DNA of 64,000 bases, taken from positions 256,001 to 320,000 of the forward strand of contig CAVPVX010000001.1 in NCBI GenBank assembly GCA_963709345.1, in the 5' to 3' direction. The stretch comes from an uncultured Actinomycetes bacterium (GTDB lineage Bacteria; Actinomycetota; Thermoleophilia; UBA2241). Positions within the stretch are counted from its first letter, which is position 1. Each line of letters begins with the position of its first letter. Shown piece after piece: positions 1-9,185 of the stretch. Made by a program: the position numbers and the translations under genes. The notes beneath the pieces are model-generated. The model was not told the origin of the DNA. It saw nothing but the letters and a program-made list of their open reading frames with translations, and did no database searches.

Positions 1-465
1 GTACTGATCGCGCTTGCGGCACTGCTGGTCGACCCGTTCTCGGTGCTCCTGGTGCTGCCGGCCGCCATCCTCTGGCCCCTGGCCAGACCCGGCGGCTGGG
101 CGCGGTCCATCCTTCCGGTGTACCTGGGGTTCGCGATGATCCCGGTGCCGCTGATCTACTACGCGTTGCGCCTTGAGTCGGGCTGGAACGTGTGGTGGTA
201 CTTCTTCCTGCTCTTCGAGAACAGGACGGTGCCTGTGGGCGTCGTACTGGTGGGGGCGCTCTTCTTCTCGACGGCCGGCGTCCTCGCGCACACTCTTCAC
301 GAGCGCGGCCTGGCGCCCGGAGCGCTCACGTGGCCTGCAATCGACCGCCGCAGCAGCGATCGGATGAGCGACGCGGAGTGGGCGGCCGTCTCCGAGGTGT
401 CCCTTCGGCGCACGCGACACGGCTCACGCCCGCGACGGCGCCGCCGGGGGGCGCAGAAGCGCTAG
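1..465 (+). CDS. 3' part of a multi-pass membrane protein (5'-truncated by window edge)
   Basis: Frame 1 open from base 1 to TAG at 463-465; several hydrophobic segments, Arg-rich tail. Confidence 0.7.
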   Translation, partial: VLIALAALLVDPFSVLLVLPAAILWPLARPGGWARSILPVYLGFAMIPVPLIYYALRLESGWNVWWYFFLLFENRTVPVGVVLVGALFFSTAGVLAHTLHERGLAPGALTWPAIDRRSSDRMSDAEWAAVSEVSLRRTRHGSRPRRRRRGAQKR

Positions 466-508
466 CTGCGCCCGGTTCGGCGTCGGCCGCTCTGGTCGAG
501 CCGGTAGA

Positions 509-1855
509 TCAGTAGTCTTCCTGCGACAACGACTCGTCGATGGTCGAGTCGGTCTCGGCGTCGAGCTTGACGTCCTCGCCCGACGGTACCGTCGTCTCTC
601 CGCTATCGCGCGACAGCAGGGCCGCCTCACCGCTCATCATCGCGTCGAACGCCTTCGCCTTCAGGCGCGCCCTCGTCTCCTCGATACGGCGCCGCATCTC
701 CGCCTGGTCGATCGACCCGCCGGCACGAGCCGTCGGCTCCTCGGCGACGGGCTCGGCGGCCGGAGCCGGCTCGACGACGGGTACGGCTGCGGATACCGGC
801 GCCGCGATATCCGCTACCAGCCCGGGACGCTCCTCTCCCACGGCCTCAGCGGTCGGCGGTTCCTCCTCGGCCAAGGGGCTCTCCGCGACAACGACTCCCT
901 GCTCGAGGACGGGCTCCTCCACGGCTTCGGGGAGGTCCTCGGCCACCGGGAGCTCAACGGCTGCCGGGGGTCGCTCGACGGCCGAAGACTCATCGACCAC
1001 CGGCGCCGCTTCGACGACCGCGTCACCCTCGTGCGCAACGTCCCACGCGGGAGGAGCCGATGGCGTGGGCTCCTCGAGAACGGGCGGCTCCACCGCGGAC
1101 TGCTCGGCGACGGGCTCCTCGACCACCGCCTCCGCCACGGCCTCTTCGACCGCAGGCTGCTCGGCGACTGCGTCATCGACCGCAGGCTGCTCGGCGACTG
1201 CGTCCTCTACCATCGCCTCCACCACGGCCTCTTCGGCCACGGCTTCGGTGACCACTGCCTCGACGTACGCTTCTTCGGCCACGATCTCGGCGGCGACGGC
1301 GTCCCTGGCCGCCTCCTCGGCCACAGCCTCAGCGGCGACCGCCTCGACAGCCGCTTCTTCGGCAACGGCCTCCGCCACCAGAGCCTCGGCCACAGCCTGC
1401 TCGGCGATCACATCGGCGACGGCCGCCTCGGTTACAGCTGCTTCGGCAGCCTCCGCGACGTCGGCGGCGGCCGCCTCTTCGGCGGCTTCCTCGACACTCC
1501 CGAACGGCTGGGCGATCTCGGACTCGACGGCCGCACGGGTCTCGTCGATGCGCGCCTTGAGGTCGTCGGCGAGCTCTTCGACCACGACGGCGTTCCCGAT
1601 GTCGAGCGCCGGCTCGGGCGTCCAAACGCCCTCCGCCACAGGCTCCGGCGCCTTCTCCGCCACCGCGACACCCGCCTCGTCGTCCCACTCCCGCCCGCCC
1701 TCCGGCTGCGGGAACTCGACCGGTGCGGCAGGCAGCAGCCTGCCGGTGGCGCCGCCGACCAGCTGTCGGCGCATCTCGCGCCCGCTCTTGGGGGTGACCA
1801 GCACGGCAACTCCGGCCCCTATCACGAGCCCGAGCAGGAATCTCATCAGCTTCAT
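509..1855 (-). CDS. YtxH-domain protein with long acidic Ala/Glu/Val low-complexity region
   Basis: N-terminus FLLGLVIGAGVAVLVTPKSGREMRRQL fits the YtxH motif; SD AAGGAGG upstream of ATG. Confidence 0.8.
   Translation of the reverse strand: MKLMRFLLGLVIGAGVAVLVTPKSGREMRRQLVGGATGRLLPAAPVEFPQPEGGREWDDEAGVAVAEKAPEPVAEGVWTPEPALDIGNAVVVEELADDLKARIDETRAAVESEIAQPFGSVEEAAEEAAAADVAEAAEAAVTEAAVADVIAEQAVAEALVAEAVAEEAAVEAVAAEAVAEEAARDAVAAEIVAEEAYVEAVVTEAVAEEAVVEAMVEDAVAEQPAVDDAVAEQPAVEEAVAEAVVEEPVAEQSAVEPPVLEEPTPSAPPAWDVAHEGDAVVEAAPVVDESSAVERPPAAVELPVAEDLPEAVEEPVLEQGVVVAESPLAEEEPPTAEAVGEERPGLVADIAAPVSAAVPVVEPAPAAEPVAEEPTARAGGSIDQAEMRRRIEETRARLKAKAFDAMMSGEAALLSRDSGETTVPSGEDVKLDAETDSTIDESLSQEDY
1146..1204. 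repeat. 30-bp tandem repeat (2 copies, 29 nt identical) inside ytxH-like gene, within a degenerate 15-nt-period region
   Basis: TCGACCGCAGGCTGCTCGGCGACTGCGTC at 1146 and 1176; encodes DAVAEQPAV. Confidence 0.9.
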
Positions 1856-2002
1856 CGCTGCCTCCTTGGCGGCTGCCCAGCCGTACGCCAGCCGTACGGG
1901 CGCGCGATGCCGGCGAACTGTTCTTCGGAAGAAAGGTGCCCGGACTTTACCAGTGTACAGCCCTGTATACGGTGGCGGTGGGGTGCAGTCCTGCCCGGAA
2001 CG

Positions 2003-2410
2003 TCAAGCGAGACGCTGCGCCGTGACCCCACCCTCGTCGCCGGCGGTTATCAGGGCGACCCACCGAGGACCCCACCGTTCCGTGACCCGCGCCGCCGCCT
2101 CTGTGAGCGCGGCGCTCACGTCGGTACCGACGAAGGCCATCAGCGGCAACATCGGCCGATGCTCGATCTGAACGCGCACGCCCTCGTCGCCCTGCTTGAC
2201 GAGGATCGGCTCCGCGCTTAGCTCCCGGAGCCTCGCCACGTTCTCCGGCGCCATCTCGAGAGAGGCGCAGGCGCCGGTCACGGCTGACGGCTGCATTTCG
2301 AGGTCGCGCTTGACGGAGCGCGCGTAGATCCAGACGCCGACCAGCGCGACGAGCGCGACGATCAGGAAGACAAGAACCCCTATGTACACGCTAGTCACGG
2401 CGCTCGTCAC
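2003..2410 (-). CDS. Hypothetical protein with single N-terminal TM helix
   Basis: 135 aa ORF overlapping rarA 3' end; hydrophobic N-terminus then soluble domain. Confidence 0.7.
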   Translation of the reverse strand: MTSAVTSVYIGVLVFLIVALVALVGVWIYARSVKRDLEMQPSAVTGACASLEMAPENVARLRELSAEPILVKQGDEGVRVQIEHRPMLPLMAFVGTDVSAALTEAAARVTERWGPRWVALITAGDEGGVTAQRLA

Positions 2411-3767
2411 CTCTCAACTCGCGGTCGTCGTCGGCCGCCCGCCGTCTGGTCTCCGCCAAGCGGGCGGCGAGCTCGCTCTCGACTCCTCGTATCGGCACAT
2501 AGTAGCGGCGTCCTGAGAGCTTGTCCGGCAGATACTGCTGGTCGACCCAGCCGCCGCATGCGTGCGGGTACCTGTACCCCACGCCGTGCCCGAGTTCCTT
2601 GGCGCCGCGATAGCTCCCATCGCGAAGATGGGCCGGCGGCGGCTGGTTGCCCTCCCGCCGCACGTCGTCGAGCGCCGCGTCGACGGCCCTATACGCGGCG
2701 TTGCTCTTCGGCGCGAGAGCCAGATAGGCGACCGCCTGGCTCAGGTTGATGCGGCACTCCGGAAGCCCGACGAACTCGACCGCCCGCGACGCCGCGATCG
2801 CGACCTGCAACGCCTGCGGGTCGGCGTTGCCGACGTCCTCGCTGGCGAAGACGATCATGCGGCGAGCGATGAACTTCGGATCCTCGCCGCCGGCGATCAT
2901 CGACGCCATGTAGTAGATGGCCGCGTCGGGGTCGCTGCCGCGCATGCTCTTGATGAACGCCGAGATGGTGTCGTAGTGGGAATCGTCGCGGTCGTACGAG
3001 ACGGGGGACTTCTGCGCCGCGTCCCTCAGGTCGGCGACGGTGAGCTCGAGCGCCACCGGCGAAGCGGTGCCCGCCCCGGTACGCAGCGCTGCCGACCGCG
3101 AACGCCAGGCGGTCTCGAGCGCGTTCAGCGCCACTCGCGCGTCGCCGCGCGAGATCCCCGCAAGAAAGCCGGGCGCGCCGCCCTCCAGCGTGACGTGCTT
3201 GTCGCCGAGCCCCCGCGCCGGGTCGACGACAGCGGCCGCGACGACCTTCTCGATAAGCTCGGGGGCCAGTGGCTCGAAGCGGTACAGCTGGCAACGGCTG
3301 ATGAGCGCCGAGTTGACCTCGAAGTACGGGTTCTCGGTCGTCGCCCCGATGAGCGTGACGATGCCGTCCTCGATCGCCGGCAGCAGGGCGTCCTGCTGAG
3401 CCTTGTTGAAGCGGTGGATCTCGTCGATGAAGAGCACGGTGCGAGCCGCACTGAGGGCGCGGGCCTCGCTCGCGCCCTTGATCGCCGCGCGGACGTCGGC
3501 CGTGCCGGAGCTCACCGCCGAGAGCTGGACCAGCCGGGCGCCCGTCTCCGCCGCGATGAGCCGCGCCAGCGTCGTCTTGCCGCTGCCCGGCGGCCCGAAA
3601 AGGATCATGCTGAAGAGCTCGCCGCCGCGGATGGCCGCCCGGAGCACGCTCCCCGGCCCGACGATGTGGTCCTGGCCGGCGAACTCCTCGAGGGTTCGCG
3701 GCCGCATGCGCGCCGCAAGCGGCGCCTCGGCCGCGACCTGCGCGTCGCTCATCGAGAAGAGATCCAT
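2391..3767 (-). CDS. rarA: Replication-associated recombination protein A (AAA+ ATPase RarA/MgsA)
   Basis: PLAARMRPRTL, Walker A GPPGSGKT, FIDEIHRFNKAQQDALLP, GATTENP, SAFIKSMRGSDPDAA. Confidence 0.97.
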   Translation of the reverse strand: MDLFSMSDAQVAAEAPLAARMRPRTLEEFAGQDHIVGPGSVLRAAIRGGELFSMILFGPPGSGKTTLARLIAAETGARLVQLSAVSSGTADVRAAIKGASEARALSAARTVLFIDEIHRFNKAQQDALLPAIEDGIVTLIGATTENPYFEVNSALISRCQLYRFEPLAPELIEKVVAAAVVDPARGLGDKHVTLEGGAPGFLAGISRGDARVALNALETAWRSRSAALRTGAGTASPVALELTVADLRDAAQKSPVSYDRDDSHYDTISAFIKSMRGSDPDAAIYYMASMIAGGEDPKFIARRMIVFASEDVGNADPQALQVAIAASRAVEFVGLPECRINLSQAVAYLALAPKSNAAYRAVDAALDDVRREGNQPPPAHLRDGSYRGAKELGHGVGYRYPHACGGWVDQQYLPDKLSGRRYYVPIRGVESELAARLAETRRRAADDDRELRGDERRD

Positions 3768-3803
3768 GCGTCAAGTCTACGCCAGGTGCTACTATCGAGC
3801 GCG
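3768..3803. promoter_or_regulatory. Back-to-back leaderless promoters for rarA and the HNH gene
   Basis: Minus TAGACT (3774-3779) 6 nt before rarA ATG; plus TGc-TACTAT (3787-3795) 8 nt before HNH ATG; no SD in the 36-bp gap. Confidence 0.65.
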
Positions 3804-4307
3804 ATGCCCAAGGTGCTCGTCTTGAACACGACCTACGAGCCGCTCAACGTCTGCACGGCGCGGCGCGCTGTGGTGCTGCTTCTCAAGGGCAAGGCGGAAG
3901 TGCTTGAGCAATCCGGAGGGGCCCTTCGCAGCGAGCGCGCCGCCTACGAGGTCCCGCTCGTCATCCGCTTGAACTCCTACGTCCACATCCCACGTCGGGC
4001 GACGTCGGGGCGCATCTCCCGCCGCGCCGTATTCGCGCGCGACGGGCACCGCTGCCAGTACTGCGGCAGCACCCGCCACCTCACCGTGGACCACGTGGTG
4101 CCGCGCTCCAGGGGCGGCGCCGACACGTGGGACAACCTCGTCACGTCGTGCGCACCCTGCAACCGCCGAAAGGGCGACCGGCCTCTCCACGTAGCCGGCC
4201 TCCGGCTGCTGCGCGCGCCGCGCCAGCCGGGGCAGGCGGCTTTCGTGCTCCTGCACGTGGACCACGTCCACGAGAGCTGGCGTCCGTATCTGAGCTTCGC
4301 GTCCTGA
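3804..4307 (+). CDS. HNH endonuclease (McrA-like/HNH_5 family)
   Basis: VLVLNTTYEPL N-terminus, RDGHRCQYCG, LTVDHVVPRSRGG, WDNLVTSCAPCNRRKG. Confidence 0.95.
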   Translation: MPKVLVLNTTYEPLNVCTARRAVVLLLKGKAEVLEQSGGALRSERAAYEVPLVIRLNSYVHIPRRATSGRISRRAVFARDGHRCQYCGSTRHLTVDHVVPRSRGGADTWDNLVTSCAPCNRRKGDRPLHVAGLRLLRAPRQPGQAAFVLLHVDHVHESWRPYLSFAS

Positions 4308-4328
4308 CCGGTCGCGTCCACGCATGAA

Positions 4329-4362
4329 GCGGGCGGCCGACGCTCTCGCGCCGGCCGCCCGC
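4329..4362. terminator. GC-rich hairpin between convergent genes
   Basis: GCGGGCGGCCG ... CGGCCGCCCGC inverted repeat. Confidence 0.55.
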
Positions 4363-4415
4363 CGTGCTCGCTCCTTCGTCGCCCGCAGGAGTGGCGACGT
4401 CTCAGTCTCGCCGGC

Positions 4416-6269
4416 TCACGCCTCCGTCTCGGCGCGACCGCTGCGTCTCCGCATCAGGAACACCACGAGAAGGATGACGATGGCGGCAGCGACCATGATC
4501 GCGATGATGAGGGTCGTGCTGGAGCCGCCCGCCGCCTCTTCATCTGTCGTCACGCCGGGGTGCACCGCGACGTAGGTGTCCGGCTGCGTGTTGTACCACC
4601 AGGCGCCCATGTCCTGATTCGAGCGTACCCAGCCCGTCCACGTGCCCTTGTTGGCGGCAAGAAGGTCCTTCGGGTACACCAGCGGGATGTAGGGCGACTC
4701 GTCGTAGATGATCTCCTGCATGCGGTGGACGATGTCGATGCGCTCCTGCACGTCGATCGTCGTCTGCTGCTCGAGGAAGAGCTTGTCGTACTCCGCGTTC
4801 GACCAGTTGCAGTCGCTCCAGTACTCGATCGAGTCGGTGGTCATGATCGAGAGGATGAAGTTGGGGTCGACGTCGCCGCCCCAGCCCCAGATGAACAGGT
4901 CGAAGTCGGGGGCGAACTCGTCACCATCGTAGTTGTACTGCTTGTCGCCGAGGGCGCCGTCGTCGATGATCTGGTAGTCGATGTCGAGGCCCACGTCCTT
5001 GAACCAGCCGGTGATGAGCTTGCCGCAGTTCTGGCTCTCGGTCGACTCCGTGCGCGCGAACAGACGCAGCTTGATCGGCTTGCCCTTGTACTCACGGATG
5101 CCGTCGCCGCTGGCGTCGGGGTAGCCGGCCTCGTCGAGCGCCTGGCGAGCCTTGTCGAGGTCGAAGGTGTAGGCCTGCTCCGCCGGCGGCGTCCAGTGGA
5201 AGTCGGCCTCGCTCGAGTAGAAGTCACGCGTGACGAGCGAGTCGCCGGGGGCGGCGTTGCCGTTGTAGCCGATGGAGACGATCTTGTCCTTGTCGATGGC
5301 CCACTGCAGGGCGCTGCGGAAGGCCGGGTCCTGAAGCACCGGGTGACCGGTCGACTTCGGGAACACCTTCTGGTCGGCGCAGTTGAAGCCGAGCTGATCG
5401 AGGCCGATGGTCACTGCCTTGATCGACTCGAGGTCCGGCTCGTTGTTCAGCGGGTCGAACTGGGCTGCGGGGATGTTCCAGCCGCTCTGGATGGCGCCGG
5501 TCTTGAGGTCCTGCGCCATCGTGTCCGCGTTCTGGTAGGTCTGGTAGATGACCTCGTCGATCTTGGGAGCGCCGCGCCAGTAGTCCTTGTTGGCGACCAT
5601 GCGCACGTACTCGCCCTTCTTCCACTCGACCACCTGGAAGGGCCCCGAGCCGATGATGGGCGGCGAGTTCTTGAACTTGTTCTCGACTTCCTTGGGGCTG
5701 ACCTTGCTCCAGATGTGCTCCGGCAGGATCGGGATCCAGAGGCCGAGCATGTTCGCCTTGGGCTTGGAGCAGGTGAACACCACCGTCGTGTCGTCGGTCG
5801 CCTCGACCTTCTCGATGAACTTGACGTAGTCGGTGAACATCCCGAGCTCGTTGTCGATGATGTAGTTGAAGGTGAAGGCGACGTCTTTGGCGGTCAGTGG
5901 CTTGCCGTCCTGCCACTTCGACTGGTCGGTGATCGTGAACGTCCACACCTTGCCGTCGTCGGAGGTCTGCCAGTCGGTGGCGAGGCCGACACCGGGCACG
6001 TTGGCCAGGTCCTCGGCGCGGAAGCCGACCAGCAGCTCGTAGTTGATCGCCCAGATCTCGTACGACGACGACTCGTAGCCGATGAACGGGTTGAGGTTGT
6101 CCGGATCGTTCGTCCAGCCGAGACGAAGTGTCACTTTGCCGCCGTCGGCCGCCGGACTCTCGCTGGAGGCGAGCGCGGAGCCCAGACCCCACAGGAGCCC
6201 CACCGCCAGTAACGCGGCGAGCACCAGGATGAGTAAGCGGCCGCGACCTGTTCTGGATCGTGCAGACAC
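4416..6269 (-). CDS. ABC transporter substrate-binding protein, family 5 (OppA/DppA-like), with C-terminal TM anchor
   Basis: Signal peptide, DPDNLNPF, WQDGKPLTAKDVAFTF, IGSGPFQV; C-terminal hydrophobic helix followed by RRR. Confidence 0.93.
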   Translation of the reverse strand: MSARSRTGRGRLLILVLAALLAVGLLWGLGSALASSESPAADGGKVTLRLGWTNDPDNLNPFIGYESSSYEIWAINYELLVGFRAEDLANVPGVGLATDWQTSDDGKVWTFTITDQSKWQDGKPLTAKDVAFTFNYIIDNELGMFTDYVKFIEKVEATDDTTVVFTCSKPKANMLGLWIPILPEHIWSKVSPKEVENKFKNSPPIIGSGPFQVVEWKKGEYVRMVANKDYWRGAPKIDEVIYQTYQNADTMAQDLKTGAIQSGWNIPAAQFDPLNNEPDLESIKAVTIGLDQLGFNCADQKVFPKSTGHPVLQDPAFRSALQWAIDKDKIVSIGYNGNAAPGDSLVTRDFYSSEADFHWTPPAEQAYTFDLDKARQALDEAGYPDASGDGIREYKGKPIKLRLFARTESTESQNCGKLITGWFKDVGLDIDYQIIDDGALGDKQYNYDGDEFAPDFDLFIWGWGGDVDPNFILSIMTTDSIEYWSDCNWSNAEYDKLFLEQQTTIDVQERIDIVHRMQEIIYDESPYIPLVYPKDLLAANKGTWTGWVRSNQDMGAWWYNTQPDTYVAVHPGVTTDEEAAGGSSTTLIIAIMVAAAIVILLVVFLMRRRSGRAETEA

Positions 6270-6386
6270 GTGAGCTCCTTCCTTGTGACCTGCCGGTCGC
6301 CCCCCCAGGACCGACCGTGCCCGTCCTTGCTACTAAATCACGGATGTGGCGGTAGGGCCAGGCACCCGGATGCTATACTCCGCCGC

Positions 6387-6662
6387 GTGATCATCGACGA
6401 CAGCAGAGAACCCCGCCTGCAACTCGGCGACGCCGAGCCGTTCCGCATCGACAGCGCCGAGGTCACGCGCGACATGGAGCGGTCGACGCTCACGCGCATC
6501 GTCGTCAACGGCGACTCGTACCGGCTGCCGGTGGGAGCCCGCATCACTCTTTGGACGGGCCCCAACGTCGTTTTCGTCGGTAAGGCGGTCGACGAGCATC
6601 ATGTTCTCGACCTCCTCTCCAGCGAGACCGACGACGAGCTGACGGACGACGAGACCATCTGA
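6387..6662 (+). CDS. Small acidic hypothetical protein, first gene of rml operon, probably leaderless
   Basis: GTG 7 nt after extended -10 TGcTATACT (6371-6379); GC3-rich codons. Confidence 0.7.
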   Translation: MIIDDSREPRLQLGDAEPFRIDSAEVTRDMERSTLTRIVVNGDSYRLPVGARITLWTGPNVVFVGKAVDEHHVLDLLSSETDDELTDDETI

Positions 6663-6687
6663 CCGCCCGGCGGCCAAGGAGATGCCG

Positions 6688-7752
6688 ATGAAGGGCCTCA
6701 TCCTGAGCGGCGGCGCCGGTACGCGTCTGCGCCCGATCACCCACACGGCCGCCAAGCAGCTCGTCCCGGTCGCCAACAAGCCGGTGCTCTTCTACGGGCT
6801 CGAGGCGATGAAGGCCGCCGGCATCGACGCCGTCGGCATCGTGGTCGGCGACACCCGCGACGAGATCGAGGCCGCGGTCGGCGACGGCAGCCGCTTCGGC
6901 CTCGACGTCACCTACATCCCTCAGGAAGCTCCGCTGGGTCTCGCCCACGCCGTTCGCATCAGCGAGGACTTCCTCGGCGACGAACCCTTCGTCATGTACC
7001 TCGGCGACAACCTGCTGAAGGAGGGCATCACGCCCTTCGTCCGCGGCTTCGAGGAGAGCCGGCCGGACGCGCTCATCCTGCTGCAGAAGGTGACCGACCC
7101 CCAGAGCTACGGCATCGCCGAGCTGGACGGCGACGGCAATGTGGCGCGGCTCATCGAGAAGCCCGCCGAGCCGCGCAGCGACCTCGCCCTCGTAGGCGTG
7201 TATCTGTTCACGCCGGCGATCTTCGACAGCGTCAAGGCGATCGCCCCCAGCGCCCGCGGCGAGCTGGAGATCACCGACGCCATCCAGCACCTCGTCGACC
7301 GCGGCCTGCGCGTGGAGCCGCACGTGGTGACCGGCTGGTGGAAGGACACCGGCAAGCTCGAAGACATGCTCGAGGCCAACCGCCTCGTGCTCAGCACGAT
7401 CGCGCGGGACGTTCGCGGCGACCTCGTCGAGTGCACCATCGAGGGCGCCGTACAGATCGGCGAGGGCAGCAGGCTCGAGCGCTGCACCGTGCGCGGGCCG
7501 GCCGTCATCGGCTCCGGCTGCCGGCTCACCGACGCCTTCGTCGGCCCGTACACCTCGATCAGCGACGGCGTCGCCGTGGAGAACGCCGAGCTCGAGCACT
7601 CGATCGTCCTCGAGAACAGCCGCATCTCGCATCTCGGCACGCGCATGACCGACAGCCTGATCGGCCGCGACTGCGTCATCGCCCACAGCGAGGCGCGGCC
7701 GGTGGCCTACCGCTTCCTGGTAGGCGACTCGTGCCGGATAGGGATCCTGTAG
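6688..7752 (+). CDS. rmlA: Glucose-1-phosphate thymidylyltransferase, long form with C-terminal beta-helix
   Basis: GLILSGGAGTRLRPITHTAAKQLVPVANKP, RGELEITDA, WWKDTG. Confidence 0.95.
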   Translation: MKGLILSGGAGTRLRPITHTAAKQLVPVANKPVLFYGLEAMKAAGIDAVGIVVGDTRDEIEAAVGDGSRFGLDVTYIPQEAPLGLAHAVRISEDFLGDEPFVMYLGDNLLKEGITPFVRGFEESRPDALILLQKVTDPQSYGIAELDGDGNVARLIEKPAEPRSDLALVGVYLFTPAIFDSVKAIAPSARGELEITDAIQHLVDRGLRVEPHVVTGWWKDTGKLEDMLEANRLVLSTIARDVRGDLVECTIEGAVQIGEGSRLERCTVRGPAVIGSGCRLTDAFVGPYTSISDGVAVENAELEHSIVLENSRISHLGTRMTDSLIGRDCVIAHSEARPVAYRFLVGDSCRIGIL

Positions 7753-7812
7753 CGAAGCGCCGATGATCGACGCAGTGAGCGGCCGGACACCGGCCGGGAC
7801 AGGAGGTATCGC

Positions 7813-8301
7813 ATGATCGACGGCGTCATGACCAAGCAGCTCAAGGTCGTGCCGGACGAGCGCGGCCGGCTCATGGAGTGCCTGCGCAACGACGACGATC
7901 TCTTCGTCCGCTTCGGGCAATTCTACATGACCACGACCTACCCGGGCGTGGTCAAAGGCTGGCACCTGCACGACGCGCAGTACGACAACGTCGTGTGCGT
8001 GAAGGGCATGATCAAGCTCGTGCTTCACGACGGCCGCGGCGCCTCGGGCGACGCAGCCGCGCCGGGCCATGCGGCGTCACCGACGGCCGGCCAGACCGAT
8101 GAGTTCTTCCTCGGCGAGCACAAGCCGCTGCTGGTCCGCGTGCCGCCGGGCGTGTGGCACGGCTGGAAGTGCGTCAGCGTCGAGGAGGCGTTCATCGTCA
8201 ACGCGCCGACCGAGGTCTACAAGTACGATGCGCCGGACCAACTCGAACTGGCGTCCGACCACCCGGCGATCCCGTACGATTGGGGCGTCAAGCTGCGCTA
8301 G
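7813..8301 (+). CDS. rmlC: dTDP-4-dehydrorhamnose 3,5-epimerase
   Basis: DERGRLME, GVVKGWHLH, VPPGVWHG cupin motifs; SD AGGAGG. Confidence 0.93.
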   Translation: MIDGVMTKQLKVVPDERGRLMECLRNDDDLFVRFGQFYMTTTYPGVVKGWHLHDAQYDNVVCVKGMIKLVLHDGRGASGDAAAPGHAASPTAGQTDEFFLGEHKPLLVRVPPGVWHGWKCVSVEEAFIVNAPTEVYKYDAPDQLELASDHPAIPYDWGVKLR

Positions 8302-8318
8302 GCGCGGCCGGCGACGAC

Positions 8319-9163
8319 ATGCCGCGCTGGTTCATCACAGGCGCCGGTGGCCAGCTGGCCACCGCCTTCGCCCACATCCTCGAGGGTGAGGTCTTCCTCA
8401 GCCGCGAGGAGAGCCTCGACATCCGCGACGCCGAGGCCGTCCGCGCTGCGGTACGCGGCTTCACCCCCGACGCAGTCCTGCACTGCGCCGCCTACACGGA
8501 CGTGGACGGGGCCGAGACCGACCCCGGTCGCGCCGCCGCCGTCAACGTGCAGGGCACCCGCAACGTCGTCGAGGCGGTGCGCGGCACGCATACGGCCGTC
8601 GTAGCGTTCAGCACCGACTACGTCTTCGACGGGCGCAAGGGCTCGCCCTACGTCGAGAGCGACCGCCCGAATCCGCTCAGCGTGTACGGGCGCACCAAGC
8701 TCGAGATGGAGGAGGAGGTGCTTCGCTGGGTGCACGGCACCGTCTTCCGCACCTCCTGGCTCTTCAGTGAGACCGGGCGCAACTTCGTCAAGACGATCCT
8801 TGCCGCCGCGCGGGACCGCGACGGGACGGGCGCTCCGCTCAGGGTGGTCGACGACCAGGTCGGTTCGCCGACCTACGCCGGTCACCTTGCCGCGGCCGTC
8901 GACGAAGCGCTACTCAGCGGCGTCGGCCCCGGCCTCTACCACCTCGCCGGCAGCGGCTACTGCTCGTGGTGTGAGCTGGCCCGCGAGGTCGTCCAGCTCG
9001 CCGGGCTCGAGGTGGACGTGGAGCCGATCACGACCGCCGAGGCCGGCCGGGCGGCGCGCCGCCCGGCGTTCTCGGCACTCGGCAGCGAACGCCCCGTGCC
9101 GCGCCTGCCGCACTGGGCCGAAGGCGTGGCCGAGGCGGTCGACGGCTCATCGCACTCGAGTAA
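8319..9163 (+). CDS. rmlD: dTDP-4-dehydrorhamnose reductase (3' end probably affected by a 1-nt deletion near 9143)
   Basis: ITGAGGQL, HCAAYTDVDGAE, STDYVFDG, YGRTK, DDQVGSPT; adding one base gives ...DRLIALE-TAA(9161). Confidence 0.9.
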
Positions 9164-9185
9164 CGGCGATTCAGGAGGACGCAAC

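Noticed and set aside
1090-1490. Repeats that might be a CRISPR array
   Set aside because: In-frame coding repeats of 15/30 nt with no unique spacers and no cas genes
540-2171. 543-aa Ser/Thr/Ala-rich plus-strand ORF resembling a mucin or adhesin
   Set aside because: Antisense shadow of the repetitive ytxH-like gene; no SD or signal peptide
2562-3803. Long N-terminal extension of the HNH ORF
   Set aside because: Antisense to rarA; real start is ATG 3804 with a leaderless promoter
3804-4307. HNH as Cas9/IscB or mobile homing element
   Set aside because: Only 167 aa, no RuvC motifs, no flanking element ends or array
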